Notes under the pieces: generated by a model | Databases searched by the model: none | What the model saw: only the letters and a program-made list of their open reading frames with translations | What the model was told of the DNA's origin: nothing | Made by a program: the position numbers and the translations under genes | Assembly: GCA_035550945.1 (NCBI GenBank) | Contig: DASZOE010000514.1 | Span: forward strand, 1 to 32,547 | Reading direction: 5' to 3' | From: Acidimicrobiales bacterium | GTDB taxonomy: Bacteria > Actinomycetota > Acidimicrobiia > Acidimicrobiales > AC-14 | DNA: 32,547 nucleotides | Shown: positions 32,409 through 32,547 of the stretch, one piece after another | How positions within the stretch are numbered: the first letter of the stretch is position 1 | Layout of the letters: every line of letters begins with the position of its first letter

Positions 32409-32547
32409 GTCGAGCCGGACCACCCGATCGTCGGGCCGGTAGGCGGCGGGCCTCCCGGGTAGGGAGGACCTGTCGGAAGGAGCAAATTCCCATGGCTCTG
32501 GTCGCAACCCTTCCCCCGACCGAACTCCCGCCCGACCCGTTCCCGGG

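Noticed and set aside
1-32547. Scan for tRNA/rRNA genes, CRISPR arrays, and transposase or integrase genes with terminal inverted repeats.
   Set aside because: I noticed no T-loop-like GGTTCGAATCC-type motifs, no regularly spaced direct repeats beyond the 3 x 10 bp tract at 9723-9752, and no transposase or integrase-like translations. The DUF222/HNH gene is the only mobile-element-like feature.

Overview
High-GC (about 70% in sample lines I hand-counted) Actinomycetota-like chromosomal window. All family calls come from reading translations and recalling family motifs; no searches were run. From left to right the window contains the following.

1. The N-terminal part of a JetA/MksF-like (DUF2397) Wadjet-type gene, running off the left edge. 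It is absent from the ORF track.
2. A Phd/YefM-VapC toxin-antitoxin pair.
3. A NarL-type two-component system with a MacB/FtsX-type ABC exporter.
4. An orphan GMC oxidoreductase.
5. A DUF222/HNH (REP13E12-like) gene preceded by three perfect 10-bp tandem repeats and followed by about 800 bp of apparently decayed coding sequence.
6. The main feature, about 17 kb (11.7-28.9 kb): an envelope-glycan cluster built around a fused ubiA-dprE1-dprE2 decaprenyl-phospho-arabinose (DPA) operon and one Emb-type arabinosyltransferase.
   - It holds up to four more GT-C-like membrane proteins, two of them close paralogues.
   - A lower-GC islet inside it carries an unknown 13-TM protein and a HAD phosphatase.
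   - It also has a GDP-mannose-3,5-epimerase-like gene, a DUF288/STELLO-like glycosyltransferase and a DPM1-like GT2.
   - A small unknown protein is translationally coupled to a condensation-domain (PapA-like) acyltransferase.
   - No glf/glfT/aftA-type genes are seen in the window.
7. An HhH protein, a small ORF and pncB with an AT-rich palindrome upstream.
8. A decaying ECF sigma/anti-sigma locus. The sigma gene is split at a G5 run, and the 5' end of a ZAS anti-sigma gene is fused to the 3' end of an ArsM-like methyltransferase that has TGA at the conserved Cys codon.

Many long ORFs in the track are antisense or read-through artefacts of high GC. No tRNA, rRNA or CRISPR array was seen.
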